A stretch of DNA of 63,488 nt, filler included, from Octopus bimaculoides (GCF_001194135.2; 4 parts of 3 records of this genome joined end to end with filler, not necessarily neighbours in it), one strand, 5' to 3'; shown: positions 1 through 13,387, counted from the first letter of the whole stretch. Numbers and translations are program-made. The notes: generated by a model from the sequence alone, not told the origin.

Positions 1-189
1 GTTTTGTGTTTTTAAATGTTTATCACATCACAAAAGAAGTAGATACATAGATACATATACGCATTGTTAAATCAAAAGTGGGAGAGAAGAGGGACACAAA
101 GGAAGTGAAAGAGAAAGAGAGAAAGTGAGAGAGACAGTTTATGCATAGATACATGGATACAACAAATATTGGCTGTCAATTTCACTTTT

Positions 190-330
190 CATTACCACAC
201 GAGGATAAAATTAACTCACAAATGGCTGAGTACTCCACAGACATGCGTAACATTAATGTAGTTCTCAGGGAGATTCAGCCTCACAGAGAATATGACAAGG
301 CTGGCCCCTTTGAATTACAGCTACAACTCG
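190..330 (-). mobile_element. SINE fragment (family also at 31240-31540, 53330-53460, 62325-62570)
   Basis: Segment GGCTGAGTACTCCACAGACATGCG...GTAGTTCTCAGGGAGATTCAGC recurs at 31312-31375 inside a longer copy whose minus strand has a tRNA-like head. Confidence 0.55.
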
Positions 331-1769
331 AGACATATATATATATATATATGAATGTATTTGTGTGTGTGTATAGTTTAGGTCAGTTAAAACATGTTTG
401 CAATAATAAGTGTCACAAAGTGGAAACAAATGCAATTACTAAACTTTCATTCATAAATCCATTTATTACTTCGTTCTTTTACATTTAAATTTGTACATTT
501 GTACCCAGAAATTTTCAACAACTACATGCCAGCTTTAATCCTTCGCCCAAAATTGATGGCTTTGTACCAAACTTTGAAACCAATATTATAATTAAACTAT
601 ATTGTGTAGTCACGTGTGTGTGTGTTTGTGGTGTGTGTGTGTGTGTGTTTGTGGTGTGTGTGTGCGTTCGTATGTATAACCGGTCCTTACTTTATCAACT
701 CTGAATGAATGGAACCTTAGGAGAACAACTTTCTTAGCTGGATTTGAACTCGCATCATAAGAGAAACAAAGAAACTTAATGCTGAAATTAACTTTTGTTG
801 TTTTTTAAATTCATTTTTTTTTTAAACTTAAGAAGACCGATGATCAAAGGTATTCCAACCATGGCCATCCCGTATTTTTTTTTTAGATGTGCAGTGAACC
901 AAGGACCAAATGAACCAATGTGATGGGTGTGATGGTGAGGGTGAGGGTAGTTGTGGGGATAGGAGTGGGGGAGTAAAATTATGTGGAAATATTAAAATAA
1001 GTGAAGAAAGCGAAATAGCAACTATTTTTTTTTTTAAAAAGGGAGGAAAAAATGCAAAAAGAAAGGATAAAAAAAAAATCAGAAATAAAAGAGAAATGAG
1101 AGAAAAACTTGGTCAAAGTGTTAAACGGCAGTGATGGTGGTGGTGGTGGTGGTGGAGGCAGTGATGGTGGTAGTGGTGGAGGCAGTGCCAGAGGTGTGAG
1201 TGAAATGAAAGCTCAACTGCATAAAAGAGAATTCCATATAAAGCTAGATCAGTGTGGTTTAGTGATTCCGTCAGTTTACCAAGATCAAAGTTGTGATAGA
1301 GAAAGAGATGGAAAAGTAAAAGACAAGGAAAGAGAGTGAAAGAGAGAGAGAGAGAGAGAGAGAGAGAAGACAGAGAGAGGAAGAGAGAAAGTGAGGGTGG
1401 GAGAGTAGGGGGTTGTATTGGTAGAGAAAAATTCTTCCATCATACTGCTTTATCCTTAATAGATGGTCCAGCTAATAATAGCATGTTATAAGGTCTATAG
1501 GAAGCCAGTTAAAAGACCAGGTGCAAAGTTCATGATATAATTTGCTCCATGCACCTTACTTTCAGTTTAAATTATCAAGGTGAGTGAATGAATGAATGAA
1601 TGAGAGATTTATGAATGAAAGATTTGATTAAACTGGGTTGGGTTGAGCCAATTGTGTTGTAAAGAATTGGTCTGGCCAGGATGATATAATAATATAGTAA
1701 TAGAATTATTGGAATTCTGGATATGCTGAAAATTAGGATTATCTATATATTCTTTTTGACAATTAATCT

Positions 1770-2153
1770 TTGGCTTTAGGTGAAAAACTTTGCTTCCTGA
1801 CCTCATGGTTTCTGGTTCAGTTCCACTGCATGGCACTTTGGGTATGTGTCTTCTGCTATAGGGTTGGTCTATATCGTTTTTTTTTATTTTTTATCGTTTA
1901 CTTGTTTCAGTCATTGGGCTGCGACCATGCTGGGACAACCCATTAAGGAAATTTAGTTGAATGAATCGAACACAGAACTTTTTTTTTAAAGCCATGTACT
2001 TATTCTAGTGGTATCTTTCACTGAACTGGTAAGTTATGGGGACATAAACATACCAACACCGGTTGTCAAGTGGTAGTGGTGGACAGAGACACAAAGATAT
2101 ATGTACACACATACACACACACACACACACACATATGAAATGACACATATCTA

Positions 2154-2230
<77 letters not shown>

Positions 2231-2250
2231 ATATATATATATATATATAA

Positions 2251-2302
<52 letters not shown>

Positions 2303-2445
2303 GTATGAAATGGGTTTCTTTCAGTTTCCGTTTACCCAATGCACTCGCATGGCTTTGGTTGGCCCAGGGCTATAGTAGAAGAAATTTGCCTAAGGTGTCA
2401 CACTGAACAATGTGATTGGGAAGCAATCTCTACACAGCCATGCCT
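1770..2445 (-). mobile_element. tRNA-derived SINE with internal compound microsatellite, plus a short opposite-strand head at 1770-1870
   Basis: 2310-2445 matches 57620-57775 (TTTCAGTTTCCGT.TACC.AAT.CACTC.CA.GGCTTTGGT.GGCCC.GG.CTATAGTAGAAGA). The body at 1880-2100 is separated by (CA)n/(TCTG)n/(TCTA)n/(TA)n. Confidence 0.65.
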
Positions 2446-3009
2446 GCTGGCAAATTTCCTTTGGATCACTTCTCTACAATATTACGAAGAAACAATTGCA
2501 TTGGATTATGTAATCTAAAATAGTCGTAAAAAAAAATACAGGATGGTCATATCTGGAAATATAGGCCAAGTCAATAAAAGTTGACTTAGAGTTATACAAC
2601 AACAACAACAGTAACAATATATTCAACATTATCATTTGTTTTGTTTTCAACTCTGGTTTCAGAGTCATATGCACTTAACATAGCTAAATAAATAAATAAA
2701 TGAATAAAAAAAGAAAGAAATTGAAACAAGGAATTTAGGCCAAAGTTGCAAGATTTTTGAGTGGTCTAATCTGAAGTGAAATAGTTTTGGTGAGAGTTTG
2801 ACATACAACTCTTTAGTAGGGTTTTTGGCATTGCATCATAGAAAAATGAAATAAAATTAGCTCTGCCCTGTATCTCTTCTGCTGTGGTTTAAATTGTAAG
2901 GTCAAGTGGTCCTCAATGTAGTACTGAGAAGTAGTGATTCATCATTGTTGTTGTTGTTATGTTTGTAAGAGCAGTGTATTTGCAGAATTATTAAGAGCAT
3001 TGGGGTAGT

Positions 3010-3150
3010 GAGGGTGCATTGCTCAGTGGTTTGGGTATTCAGCTCATGGTCATAAGGTCATGGGATTGATTCCAAGTGGCACATTGTATCCTTGGGCAAG
3101 AAACTTTATTTCATGTGACTCAAGTCCAGTCAGTTGGCAAAAAAGGATTT
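3010..3150 (+). mobile_element. tRNA-derived SINE head (decayed)
   Basis: A-box-like TGCTCAGTGGTT, B-box-like GGGATTGATTCC, then TGTATCCTTGGGCAAGAAACTTTA. Confidence 0.5.
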
Positions 3151-5029
3151 GTACCCATAATTCAAAGGGCCAGCTTTCTCATATTCTGTGTTACACCAAA
3201 TCTCCTTGAGAACTACGTTAAGGGTACACATTTGGAACCAGGGGCTGGATTAAGACCCATCAAGGCCCTAAGCACTCAAAAGATTTTGATACTCCCATAA
3301 AAGATTATGTAATTCAAAATATAAACAATAACAAACCATAAAATAAATCTTTATTTTTCAAAATGAAACAAAACAGTAAGAGGGAAAATAATGTTTATTT
3401 TCGTATGCTCCCACTTTATTTAGATTTGAAAAGTTTCCCCCAACTTTTTTGAATTGCAAAGTCTTTGATCAGATCCTGTTTGCCTGATGAATTTATCCAG
3501 GAAAGGATGAGAAGGACTGTAAGATAACACTTTTTCCAAAAGTAAAAACAAAGAGGAATGAGGGTGCTTCTGTATGAAAAGAGAAATTACAGGATGTCTT
3601 GATTATTTTGGGGCTAGATGTATGTCCCATTGATCAGGGCAGGGCATATGGTGGCAAGGAGATAGATAGAGATGAGGACCTACACATCTCCTATACTTGT
3701 GCCACAGTACATGAATCACAGGAACACAGGGATCATGGTCAGAAATATTGATACAGATGTCCACTTTAGGCTTGTTGTCATCTTTGCACAACAGTACAGA
3801 CATAAGGTGAGCGTAAAAGTGACCTGTCACAACACAAAGTTCAGTGGAGTATGTTTTGGATATCCAGGACCTAATGATCTTCGAAGACTACAAGGATATC
3901 CTGGATCTGTTGTCCTTTGTGGGAGTGGAGAAGAGATCAGGTAGACTAGTAATACAGGATAGAAGGCTCAATTACTAAGATTAAAGATCAAAAGGGATCT
4001 AGCAGCTGTGTTAAGCCCTGTGTATTTTTGTATACCAAGAGCTACATGACTGGAAATCTGGAAATCTGGCTGCTATTTCTAGCAAGTTCCTGTTTTTGTT
4101 TAGTCTCAAGTCAACCCTGATTGAGCATACTAATCAAGCATCCTGTGAAAAGCCCCTCTTATCAAGAACTACATGATTTAATGGAAATTTGATTGTGAAC
4201 CGATCATGAAATCCTTTCCAGATTTGAGCATTCTGTTCATTTATCATGTGCAAGAAACCTAGATTCACATTACCCATCATGCACTTGTCTGAAATAGTGG
4301 GATGCAACCCGAGGGAGAATTCGCTGCTGTATGTAGCAGTTTGAATGACTATGCTATGGCCAGGGCTCTCTTGTCTTTTTCTGAATAAGAAACTATATAA
4401 TCTAATGTGTCCTTCCTTATATAAAACAATAAGGTATGATTCGTAGCAGGTCAGAACACTTGGCTGAGATCTGAGGGAAATTTATTTGCTATTTCTAACA
4501 GATAAAGTGACAGCAGACACATACAATTGTTGGGTTGCAATGGGTGCATATAATACAGTGTGATTTGAGGGAGAATTAGCTGCTATTTCTAGAAGATTGA
4601 AAGACTGAATAGAAGCTCTCTTGTTAACTGTAATTTACAGTACATTTTGTTGAAATGATATGTTTCTATTTCATGAAGAGGTGTAATATGACTACATGAT
4701 AACACATGTGAGATGCCTCATGTAGCTGTTACATTTGAGTCAATGGAGGGAATTTGGGTGAAATTGATTAAAACAGATAAATTGCTGGATATATTTCATT
4801 ACACGCTCATGGATACATACATGCATACTTACATATATATATATATATGTGTGTGTGTGTATAAAGTTATATGTATATTTATATGTATACATATATTTAT
4901 TTATGTACGTATATATATTTTATCTATATATATATTTGTGTGTATAGACACACACACTCACACATCCTATATATATATATATATGTATGTGTATATATGT
5001 ATTATATATATATATATATATATATATGG

Positions 5030-5184
5030 TGACACGTAAAAGCACCCACTACACTCTCTGAGTGGTTGGCGTTAGGAAGGGCATCCAGCTGTAGAAACTC
5101 TGCCAAATTAGATTGGAGCCTGGTGTTGCCATCCGGTTTCACCAGTCCTCAGTCAAATCGTCCAACCCATGCTAGCATGGAAAG
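5030..5184 (+). mobile_element. SINE with RTE-like (GAT)n tail family (truncated by gap)
   Basis: CACGTAAAAGCACCCACTACACTCTCTGAGTGGTTGGCGTTAGGAAGGGCATCCAGCTGTAGAAAC...CAACCCATGCTAGCATGGAAAG, near-identical to 6170-6536 (minus) and 11820-12000. Confidence 0.75.
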
Positions 5185-6154
5185 NNNNNNNNNNNNNNNN
5201 NNNNNNNNNNNNNNNNNNNNNNNNNNNNNNNNNNNNNNNNNNNNNNNNNNNNNNNNNNNNNNNNNNNNNNNNNNNNNNNNNNNNNNNNNNNNNNNNNNNN
5301 NNNNNNNNNNNNNNNNNNNNNNNNNNNNNNNNNNNNNNNNNNNNNNNNNNNNNNNNNNNNNNNNNNNNNNNNNNNNNNNNNNNNNNNNNNNNNNNNNNNN
5401 NNNNNNNNNNNNNNNNNNNNNNNNNNNNNNNNNNNNNNNNNNNNNNNNNNNNNNNNNNNNNNNNNNNNNNNNNNNNNNNNNNNNNNNNNNNNNNNNNNNN
5501 NNNNNNNNNNNNNNNNNNNNNNNNNNNNNNNNNNNNNNNNNNNNNNNNNNNNNNNNNNNNNNNNNNNNNNNNNNNNNNNNNNNNNNNNNNNNNNNNNNNN
5601 NNNNNNNNNNNNNNNNNNNNNNNNNNNNNNNNNNNNNNNNNNNNNNNNNNNNNNNNNNNNNNNNNNNNNNNNNNNNNNNNNNNNNNNNNNNNNNNNNNNN
5701 NNNNNNNNNNNNNNNNNNNNNNNNNNNNNNNNNNNNNNNNNNNNNNNNNNNNNNNNNNNNNNNNNNNNNNNNNNNNNNNNNNNNNNNNNNNNNNNNNNNN
5801 NNNNNNNNNNNNNNNNNNNNNNNTTTTATTGAAACTGAAGTCAAGAGTATGTCTAGCCATTTACGTTTCATGTCACTACAATCTTCAGGTGAAACTCCTC
5901 TCTCTCTGTCTCTCCTTCTCTCTCTCATATATATATATATGTATATATATAATATTGAGTACTTTATTCTAAGTGGCCAGACAGCTTCTTTTTGAACTTA
6001 ACACACCTTAGAATATCTATCTGTCTGACTGTCTGTCTGTATTTATATGCAGCTGTCTAAGAATTCATAAGTCAGAAAAAATATGCAGTCATATATTTAT
6101 CAATAAAGTGAGTATAGAAATCAAAGTGTACAGTATTATTATATATGAATATCA

Positions 6155-6536
6155 TCATCGTCATCATCATCATCGTTTAACGTCTGCTTTCCATGCTAGC
6201 ATGGGTTGGACGATTTGACTGAGGACTGGCAAACCAGATGGCTGCACCAGGCTTCAATCTGATTTAGTAGAGTTTCTACAGCAGGATGCCCTTCCTAACG
6301 CCAACCACTCAGAGAGTGTAGTGAGTGCTTTTTACTTGCCACCGGCATGAGGGCCAGTCAGGTGGTACTGGCAATGGCCACGCTCATATATATATCATCA
6401 TCATCATCGTTTAACGTCCGCTTTCCATGCTAGCATGGGTTGGACGATTTGACTGAGGACTGGCAAACCAGATGGCTGCACCAGGCTTCAATCTGATTTA
6501 GTAGAGTTTCTACAGCAGGATGCCCTTCCTAACGCC
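6155..6536 (-). mobile_element. two tandem copies of the RTE-tailed SINE
   Basis: 6160-6385 and 6395-6536 are near-identical and each starts with (CAT)n CGTTTAACGTC. The second runs into a gap, so it may be an assembly duplication. Confidence 0.75.
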
Positions 6537-7149
6537 NNNNNNNNNNNNNNNNNNNNNNNNNNNNNNNNNNNNNNNNNNNNNNNNNNNNNNNNNNNNNNNN
6601 NNNNNNNNNNNNNNNNNNNNNNNNNNNNNNNNNNNNNNNNNNNNNNNNNNNNNNNNNNNNNNNNNNNNNNNNNNNNNNNNNNNNNNNNNNNNNNNNNNNN
6701 NNNNNNNNNNNNNNNNNNNNNNNNNNNNNNNNNNNNNNNNNNNNNNNNNNNNNNNNNNNNNNNNNNNNNNNNNNNNNNNNNNNNNNNNNNNNNNNNNNNN
6801 NNNNNNNNNNNNNNNNNNNNNNNNNNNNNNNNNNNNNNNNNNNNNNNNNNNNNNNNNNNNNNNNNNNNNNNNNNNNNNNNNNNNNNNNNNNNNNNNNNNN
6901 NNNNNNNNNNNNNNNNNNNNNNNNNNNNNNNNNNNNNNNNNNNNNNNNNNNNNNNNNNNNNNNNNNNNNNNNNNNNNNNNNNNNNNNNNNNNNNNNNNNN
7001 NNNNNNNNNNNNNNNNNNNNNNNNNNNNNNNNNNNNNNNNNNNNNNNNNNNNNNNNNNNNNNNNNNNNNNNNNNNNNNNNNNNNNNNNNNNNNNNNNNNN
7101 NNNNNNNNNNNNNNNNNNNNNNNNNNNNNNNNNNNNNNNNNNNNNNNNN

Positions 7150-7186
<37 letters not shown>

Positions 7187-7259
7187 TTATGTTGGTGCAA
7201 ACAGGGAAAAGAGAACTCAAAATATGAGTATATGTATATTTTTATTAATATTTAGCAAA

Positions 7260-7349
7260 AGTAACAAAGTGATTCAAGAACCGAGAGTTTCGTACTTTGG
7301 CACAAGTGCCAATGCATGAAACTCTCAGTTCTTGAATCACTCTGTTGCT
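7260..7349. repeat. near-perfect inverted repeat/hairpin (41-bp core arms, 2-nt spacer)
   Basis: 7263-7303 pairs with 7306-7346 at 36 of 41 positions (Watson-Crick, checked by hand). Confidence 0.9.
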
Positions 7350-7374
7350 ATCTATCTATCTATCTATCTGTCTG

Positions 7375-7425
<51 letters not shown>

Positions 7426-7609
7426 CTGTCTATTTATTTATTTATATATTTATTTCTTCCTTTACTTATTTATTTATTCACATGTATGCAAACATACACA
7501 TATAACCCTTACAACAAGTGTTTCCAAGAAATCTCATATTGTAAGGTTTCAGAATTCCAACTGTGAGGGAATAACTGAGTCAAATAACTACATATGTATG
7601 AGAAAGGGA

Positions 7610-7647
<38 letters not shown>

Positions 7648-8879
7648 GGTGGTGGTGGTGGTGGAAGGAAAAATCAAAATATGTTATATAGTCCTTTATT
7701 ACGTCTGAGCTATGAACAGGATATCATGACTCAACACACACACACACACACACACACACATGTTGTGCCAACATTCATAAGAAATTGCATTCTTTCAATG
7801 GGTTTCTGTGGTAATGTAGTAGAATTTACTGAGATTGAATCAGTGCTAATTTACCGAAAGGGAGAGAGGTTATTATACCTACCTACCTACATACATACAT
7901 ACATCTATGTATGTCTGTTTGCACGTATGTATGCATGTACGTATGCATGTATGTATGTATCTATGTATGTATGTATTTATGTATGTATGTATGTATTTGT
8001 GTATGTATGTATTTATTTATGTATGTATTTAAGTATGTATGTATGTACGCATGTATGTGTGTATATGTATGAGTGTGTGTCTGTAATTGTTTGTATGTAT
8101 GTATGTGTTTATGTATGTATATACATCTGTATGTATATGTGTGTGTATGTATGTATTTATGTATTTATGTATGTATGCATGTATGTATGTATTTATGTGT
8201 GCATGTATGTATGTGTGTGTATATGTATGAGTGTGTGTCTATAATTATATATGTATGTATGTGTATGTATNNNNNNNNNNNNNNNNNNNNNNNNNNNNNN
8301 NNNNNNNNNNNNNNNNNNNNNNNNNNNNNNNNNNNNNNNNNNNNNNNNNNNNNNNNNNNNNNNNNNNNNNNNNNNNNNNNNNNNNNNNNNNNNNNNNNNN
8401 NNNNNNNNNNNNNNNNNNNNNNNNNNNNNNNNNNNNNNNNNNNNNNNNNNNNNNNNNNNNNNNNNNNNNNNNNNNNNNNNNNNNNNNNNNNNNNNNNNNN
8501 NNNNNNNNNNNNNNNNNNNNNNNNNNNNNNNNNNNNNNNNNNNNNNTATGTATGTATGCATGTATGTATGTATTTATGTGTGCATGTATGTATGTGTGTG
8601 TATATGTATGAGTGTGTATGTATATACATCTGTATATATGAATATGTGTATATGTATGAATGTGTTTGTATGCATGTATATATGTATGTATGTATGTCTA
8701 TACATCTGTATGTATGTATATGTGTATGTATGTATGCACGTATGCCTGCATTTTCTTCAGTTTTCAGAGTGCATTTCCCAATGGAAAATACATTTTTGCT
8801 GTGATAGCGGTGCATTAGTTCTGAGTGTGTGTGATTGCAGGGGAGGGATAATAATAACAATAACAATAATAATAATAAC

Positions 8880-8910
<31 letters not shown>
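7349..8910. repeat. compound microsatellite field (TCTA)n, (GA)n, (CA)n, (TATG)n, (AAT)n
   Basis: Directly visible; explains the long low-complexity ORFs at 7316-8974. Confidence 0.9.
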
Positions 8911-8911
<1 letters not shown>

Positions 8912-9153
8912 TGATGATGATAAGAACATCAACCACAATGACAGCAACAACATGAATGACAGCAAAAACAACAATAAGATTAAGGAAAAGAAGAAACTGG
9001 AACCATTTCAACAGCAATGATTTGAAGTTATTACTTCCAGAAACAAACAACTGGTACCATTATCACCATCCCCACCACCACTGCTGCTGCTACTACTACT
9101 ACTAAGGATGATGAGTGATGAATGATGATGACAGTGATGATGATGATGATGAT

Positions 9154-9400
9154 GATAAGCTCGGAAAATATAAAGATTTGCTCACCAAAGTTGAAAAAAA
9201 AAATGTACCATCTCATGGCAAGTATAATACCAGTGATTATTGGAGCACTAGGGATTGATAGAAAAAGGAACTGAAAATTATTTGAGAATGATCCCTGGCT
9301 TACCATTCCTGCAAGATGTGCAAAAGATTGCTTTAACGGATAAGTTGCATGTATTGAGAAGAGCATCGGCACTGTGAGGATGATTGCCACCCGTGTTAAT
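9154..9400 (+). mobile_element. R4/Dong-clade non-LTR retrotransposon 3' end (decayed)
   Basis: With frameshifts reads KYKDLLTKV..MYHLMASIIPVIIGALG..EKGTENYLRMIPGLPFLQDVQKIALTDKLHVLRRASAL*. This matches the KY.DL...IP(V/I)(V/I)IGALG...QK..L...HILR C-terminus of restriction-like-endonuclease LINEs. Confidence 0.7.
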
Positions 9401-9578
9401 ATNNNNNNNNNNTTTTTTTTTTTTTTTAGCTATGTAACTTTATGCGGTTTTGTAAATGAAAAATCTGGTGTGTTTATTTTAGTGCCCTATCAATGGATAC
9501 AGTGAGTTTCTTTGCCCTAGGTGTTGGGAAGACACTCAGCAAGAAATAGCAAGAAAATTGAAAGAAGGAGAAAAACTC

Positions 9579-9622
<44 letters not shown>

Positions 9623-9644
9623 TAATAATAATAATGATCTTTTC

Positions 9645-9772
9645 TACTAAAGGTACAAGATGCAAGGCCTGAAATTTTGGTGGAAGGGGACAAGTCAATT
9701 GCATCAATCCCAGTACACAACTGGTACTTAATTTATCGACCCTTGAAAGGATGAAAGTTGACCTCGGCAGAC

Positions 9773-9809
<37 letters not shown>

Positions 9810-9998
9810 CCTTTCTACAAAGCCTGAAATTTGGTGGGGAGGGAGCCAGTCAATTAGATTGACCCCAGTACACAGTTGGTACTTTATTTATCCGAAAGGA
9901 TGAAAGGCAAAGTCGACCTTGGCGGAATTTGATCTCAGATGAAATACAGCTAAGCATTTAACCCGGCATGCTAACAATTCTGCCAGCTCGCTGCCCTC

Positions 9999-10000
<2 letters not shown>
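9645..10000 (-). mobile_element. two tRNA-derived SINE copies, Meta/MESC-core-like family
   Basis: Reverse complement of GTTAGCATGCCGGG...AAATTCCGCCAAGGTCGACTTTGCCTTTCATCCTTTCGG...AAAGTACCA; (AAT)n tails. Confidence 0.75.
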
Positions 10001-10041
<41 letters not shown>

Positions 10042-11654
10042 TAATAATAATAGTAATAATAATAATTTCTTTTATTAGCCACAGGGTCATAGGTGAGTTT
10101 CTTTTCTGTTGCTGCCGCTGCTGCTACTACTACTACTACTACTACTACTACTTTTGGTACTGTCACCATTGCATGTAACAACATGAGAACACAGAAATGA
10201 AGCATGACAACAACAACAAAACCCCAAACAAACAAAAAAACAGTATCAACAACAACAACAACAACAATTAATGTAACAAATGTTACAAAACATGAGTAAA
10301 AAATGAAAATAAGTAAAAAATTTAAAAAAAGTGCAAAAACTGAATGAAGTCTGCAGTTGGGTGTATACATTTTTAGAAGTCAGTGAAGTGTGTATATTGT
10401 GTATATTAAGTGGTAAGACGGAGCAGGGGGTTGAGGCTGGGGTTGGGGGGTGTGTGTGAAATTATATTGGTTGATGGCAGCTGAAGGTCTTGCCCTTCAT
10501 ATTGTGTCTTGACGCCGTCTAACGTTAACAAATGGTGCATCATCATCATCNNNNNNNNNNNNNNNNNNNNNNNNNNNNNNNNNNNNNNNNNNNNNNNNNN
10601 NNNNNNNNNNNNNNNNNNNNNNNNNNNNNNNNNNNNNNNNNNNNNNNNNNNNNNNNNNNNNNNNNNNNNNNNNNNNNNNNNNNNNNNNNNNNNNNNNNNN
10701 NNNNNNNNNNNNNNNNNNNNNNNNNNNNNNNNNNNNNNNNNNNNNNNNNNNNNNNNNNNNNNNNNNNNNNNNNNNNNNNNNNNNNNNNNNNNNNNNNNNN
10801 NNNNNNNNNNNNNNNNNNNNNNNNNNNNNNNNNNNNNNNNNNNNATTCATCATCGTCTTCGTTTATGTTGTCAACTGTTATCGCCGTCATCCATCATCAT
10901 TGTCGTAATCTCCGTCATCATCCTCGTTGTCCAAAGCATCCATCATCTGTCACTGTTGGCATCATCATCATCGTCATCATCGTAGTCAGTATGATGACAT
11001 TGATCCTCCCCCACCTCTTGCAATACTCCAAATATCAGTTATTATTATTCTGACACCACCACCACCACCACCAGCACCACCATACTTCCATCATCATCAT
11101 AACCATCATCATTTTCCTGTTTGTATTGAAACCTGTAACGCGTTATCCAACTTGTCCTTTTATAAGACAGTCAGCTATAATTACAAAGAAATTTGGCTGC
11201 TATCTCTAGCAGATTAATTGGTTAAGTAGAACAGGCAAGAGCAGCGTGTGGGCCTCAGGACTTCCTCAATGGTACCACCTAACACAAATTACCTTGGACT
11301 TTTTAGAAGTGTAGCTTGCCTGACGGTGAGCCCTGTTTCATGTGGCCTGCTTCTCGGAAAAAGCTGTTCCTGCCTTTTATAGGCCTTACAGGGTCTGCAA
11401 CAATGTTAAATGGGGCTTATGGGTATGTTTTGATAAGTGATTTTTTTTGTCAGTTAGGTGGATGGTCCTGTTTGGAGAGTTTGTAGTCTAGATTGTAAGT
11501 GTATTAGCTACTCCATGTGCAGATATTTATCGGAGTGCAGCAGGAAAATGCAACAAACTAACTGCACTTTCCTAGATAAAGTTGTATTTTGAAGAGGATA
11601 TTATTGGCCTGGATGAGCTGTGTTGAATTTAAAAGCACGTGTGCTAGTGGCCCG

Positions 11655-12530
11655 TAAATAGCACCCAGCATCGCCTTCTAGCACTTGTGCTGGTAGCACG
11701 TTAGAAAATCATTCGAGCGAGGTCATTGTCAGTGCCGGTGGACTGGCTCCCATGCAGGTGGCACATAAAAAACACCTTTTGATTGAGGCCATTGTCAGTA
11801 CCGTGTGACTGGCCCTCGTGCCGGTGGCATGTAAAAGCACCCACTACACTTTCAGAGTGGTTGGCATTAGGAAAGGCATCCAGCTGTAGAAACTCTGCCA
11901 TATCAGATTGGAGCCTGGTGCAGCCTCCTGGCTTGCCAGTCCTCAGTCAAATCGTCCAACCCATGCCAGCAAGGAAAGCAGACATTAAGTGATGATGATG
12001 ATGATGATGATGTGTGCAGGACAACAGTTGCTCTGTTCCAGATATGTATATGAAGAGCAATTTCATGGCCACTTGACATGCATATGAATAGTGACTACAC
12101 TCCCTTTAGATATATCCATGTAACAACTGACATCATCATCATCATCGCCATCATCATCATCATTTAACGTCTGTTTTCCATGCTGGCATGGGTTGGACAG
12201 TTTGACCAGAGCTCTATTGTTTGTTCTATGGCTGAATGCTCTTCATAATGTCAACTATTCCATAGAGTGTTCTGAGTGCTTTTAATGTGACACCAGCACC
12301 AGCATCAATTCTGTTGTGGCAGACGGGTTTTGTGTGAGTAAGAGTGTTCTAAAAAGTATCCAGGCCACTCTGTGAAGTGGTTGGCATCAGGAAGGGCGTC
12401 TTGCCATGAAAACATTGCCAAAGCAAGCAGCTGGAGCTTGGCACAGTCCTCTGGCTAACCAGCTCCTGTCCAACCCATACTAGCATGGCAAACGGATGTT
12501 AAACGATGACAGTAAAGATGATGATGACGA
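11655..12530. mobile_element. cluster of RTE-tailed SINE copies (11655-12010 +, 12130-12300 -, 12360-12530 +)
   Basis: Same family as 5030-5184, with several CpG-to-TpG changes and (GAT)n tails. Confidence 0.7.
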
Positions 12531-13247
12531 TGACAATGATGATTGTGTTATTGAACTCAAATTCAGTTTTTATTGAGTATGACAGAGTTTGCATTACTTG
12601 ATTATATTCGTCTTGTATATTAAATTACATTATAACATGGATTGTCTTTCATAGTGAACGATCATTTTACTACTTTCCGCTGCATAAAAATTAGGAAGAC
12701 AAAAAAATTTATTGAGAAGTTGTTATCTTATTATCTGTCAACAAAAATATAAATAAGCTGAAAGATTAAAAATACTTAAAATACGGATAATGAAAAATAA
12801 TGCAAAAACTCTTTCTACTCTTGCCATTAAGAGCATTAAATAGTCGTGCTTTAGGTAAATAAAGAAATATGACTATCAGTTTTGTGTGGTGCTGCAGTGA
12901 ATATATATATACACACACATATATATATATATACACACACACACATATATATAAATACATATATACATATAAACATACATGGGTGTCGTTATATAACACG
13001 TTTTAGTTTATAGATTTCAGAATGAAAGATTTATTACATTTGTGTGTGCACAACAAACACATGCATGCAGACACTCACACAACGTACATGTGCACACACA
13101 TACCCGCACACACATAGACACCACACATGCATACACACACACACATCTTTACATACATTCAGATGCCCCGCATGCACACTATCATATACATGTGAATGTG
13201 TATGTGGACAAGTATGTATGCATATGTGTGTGTGTGTGTGAGTGCGC

Positions 13248-13288
<41 letters not shown>

Positions 13289-13332
13289 NNNNNNNNNNNN
13301 NNNNNNNNNNNNNNNNNNNNNNNNNNNNNNNN

Positions 13333-13344
13333 TTAATTAATTAA
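13333..13344. other. artificial scaffold linker TTAATTAATTAA (also 25481-25492 and 55622-55633)
   Basis: Identical self-complementary 12-mer with stops in all six frames, embedded between N-runs three times. Confidence 0.9.
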
Positions 13345-13387
13345 NNNNNNNNNNNNNNNNNNNNNNNNNNNNNNNNNNNNNNNNNNN

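Noticed and set aside
3672-3944. 90-aa ORF with opposing 75-aa ORF
   Set aside because: No recognisable homology or convincing splice signals; the length is compatible with chance at this GC content.
8160-8640. Direct duplications flanking gaps (also 6395-6536 and 56735-56900)
   Set aside because: Most simply unmerged overlapping contig ends in low-complexity sequence.
13333-13344. Palindrome TTAATTAATTAA repeated three times in the window
   Set aside because: Always between N-runs and encodes stops in all six frames; an assembly linker, not biology.
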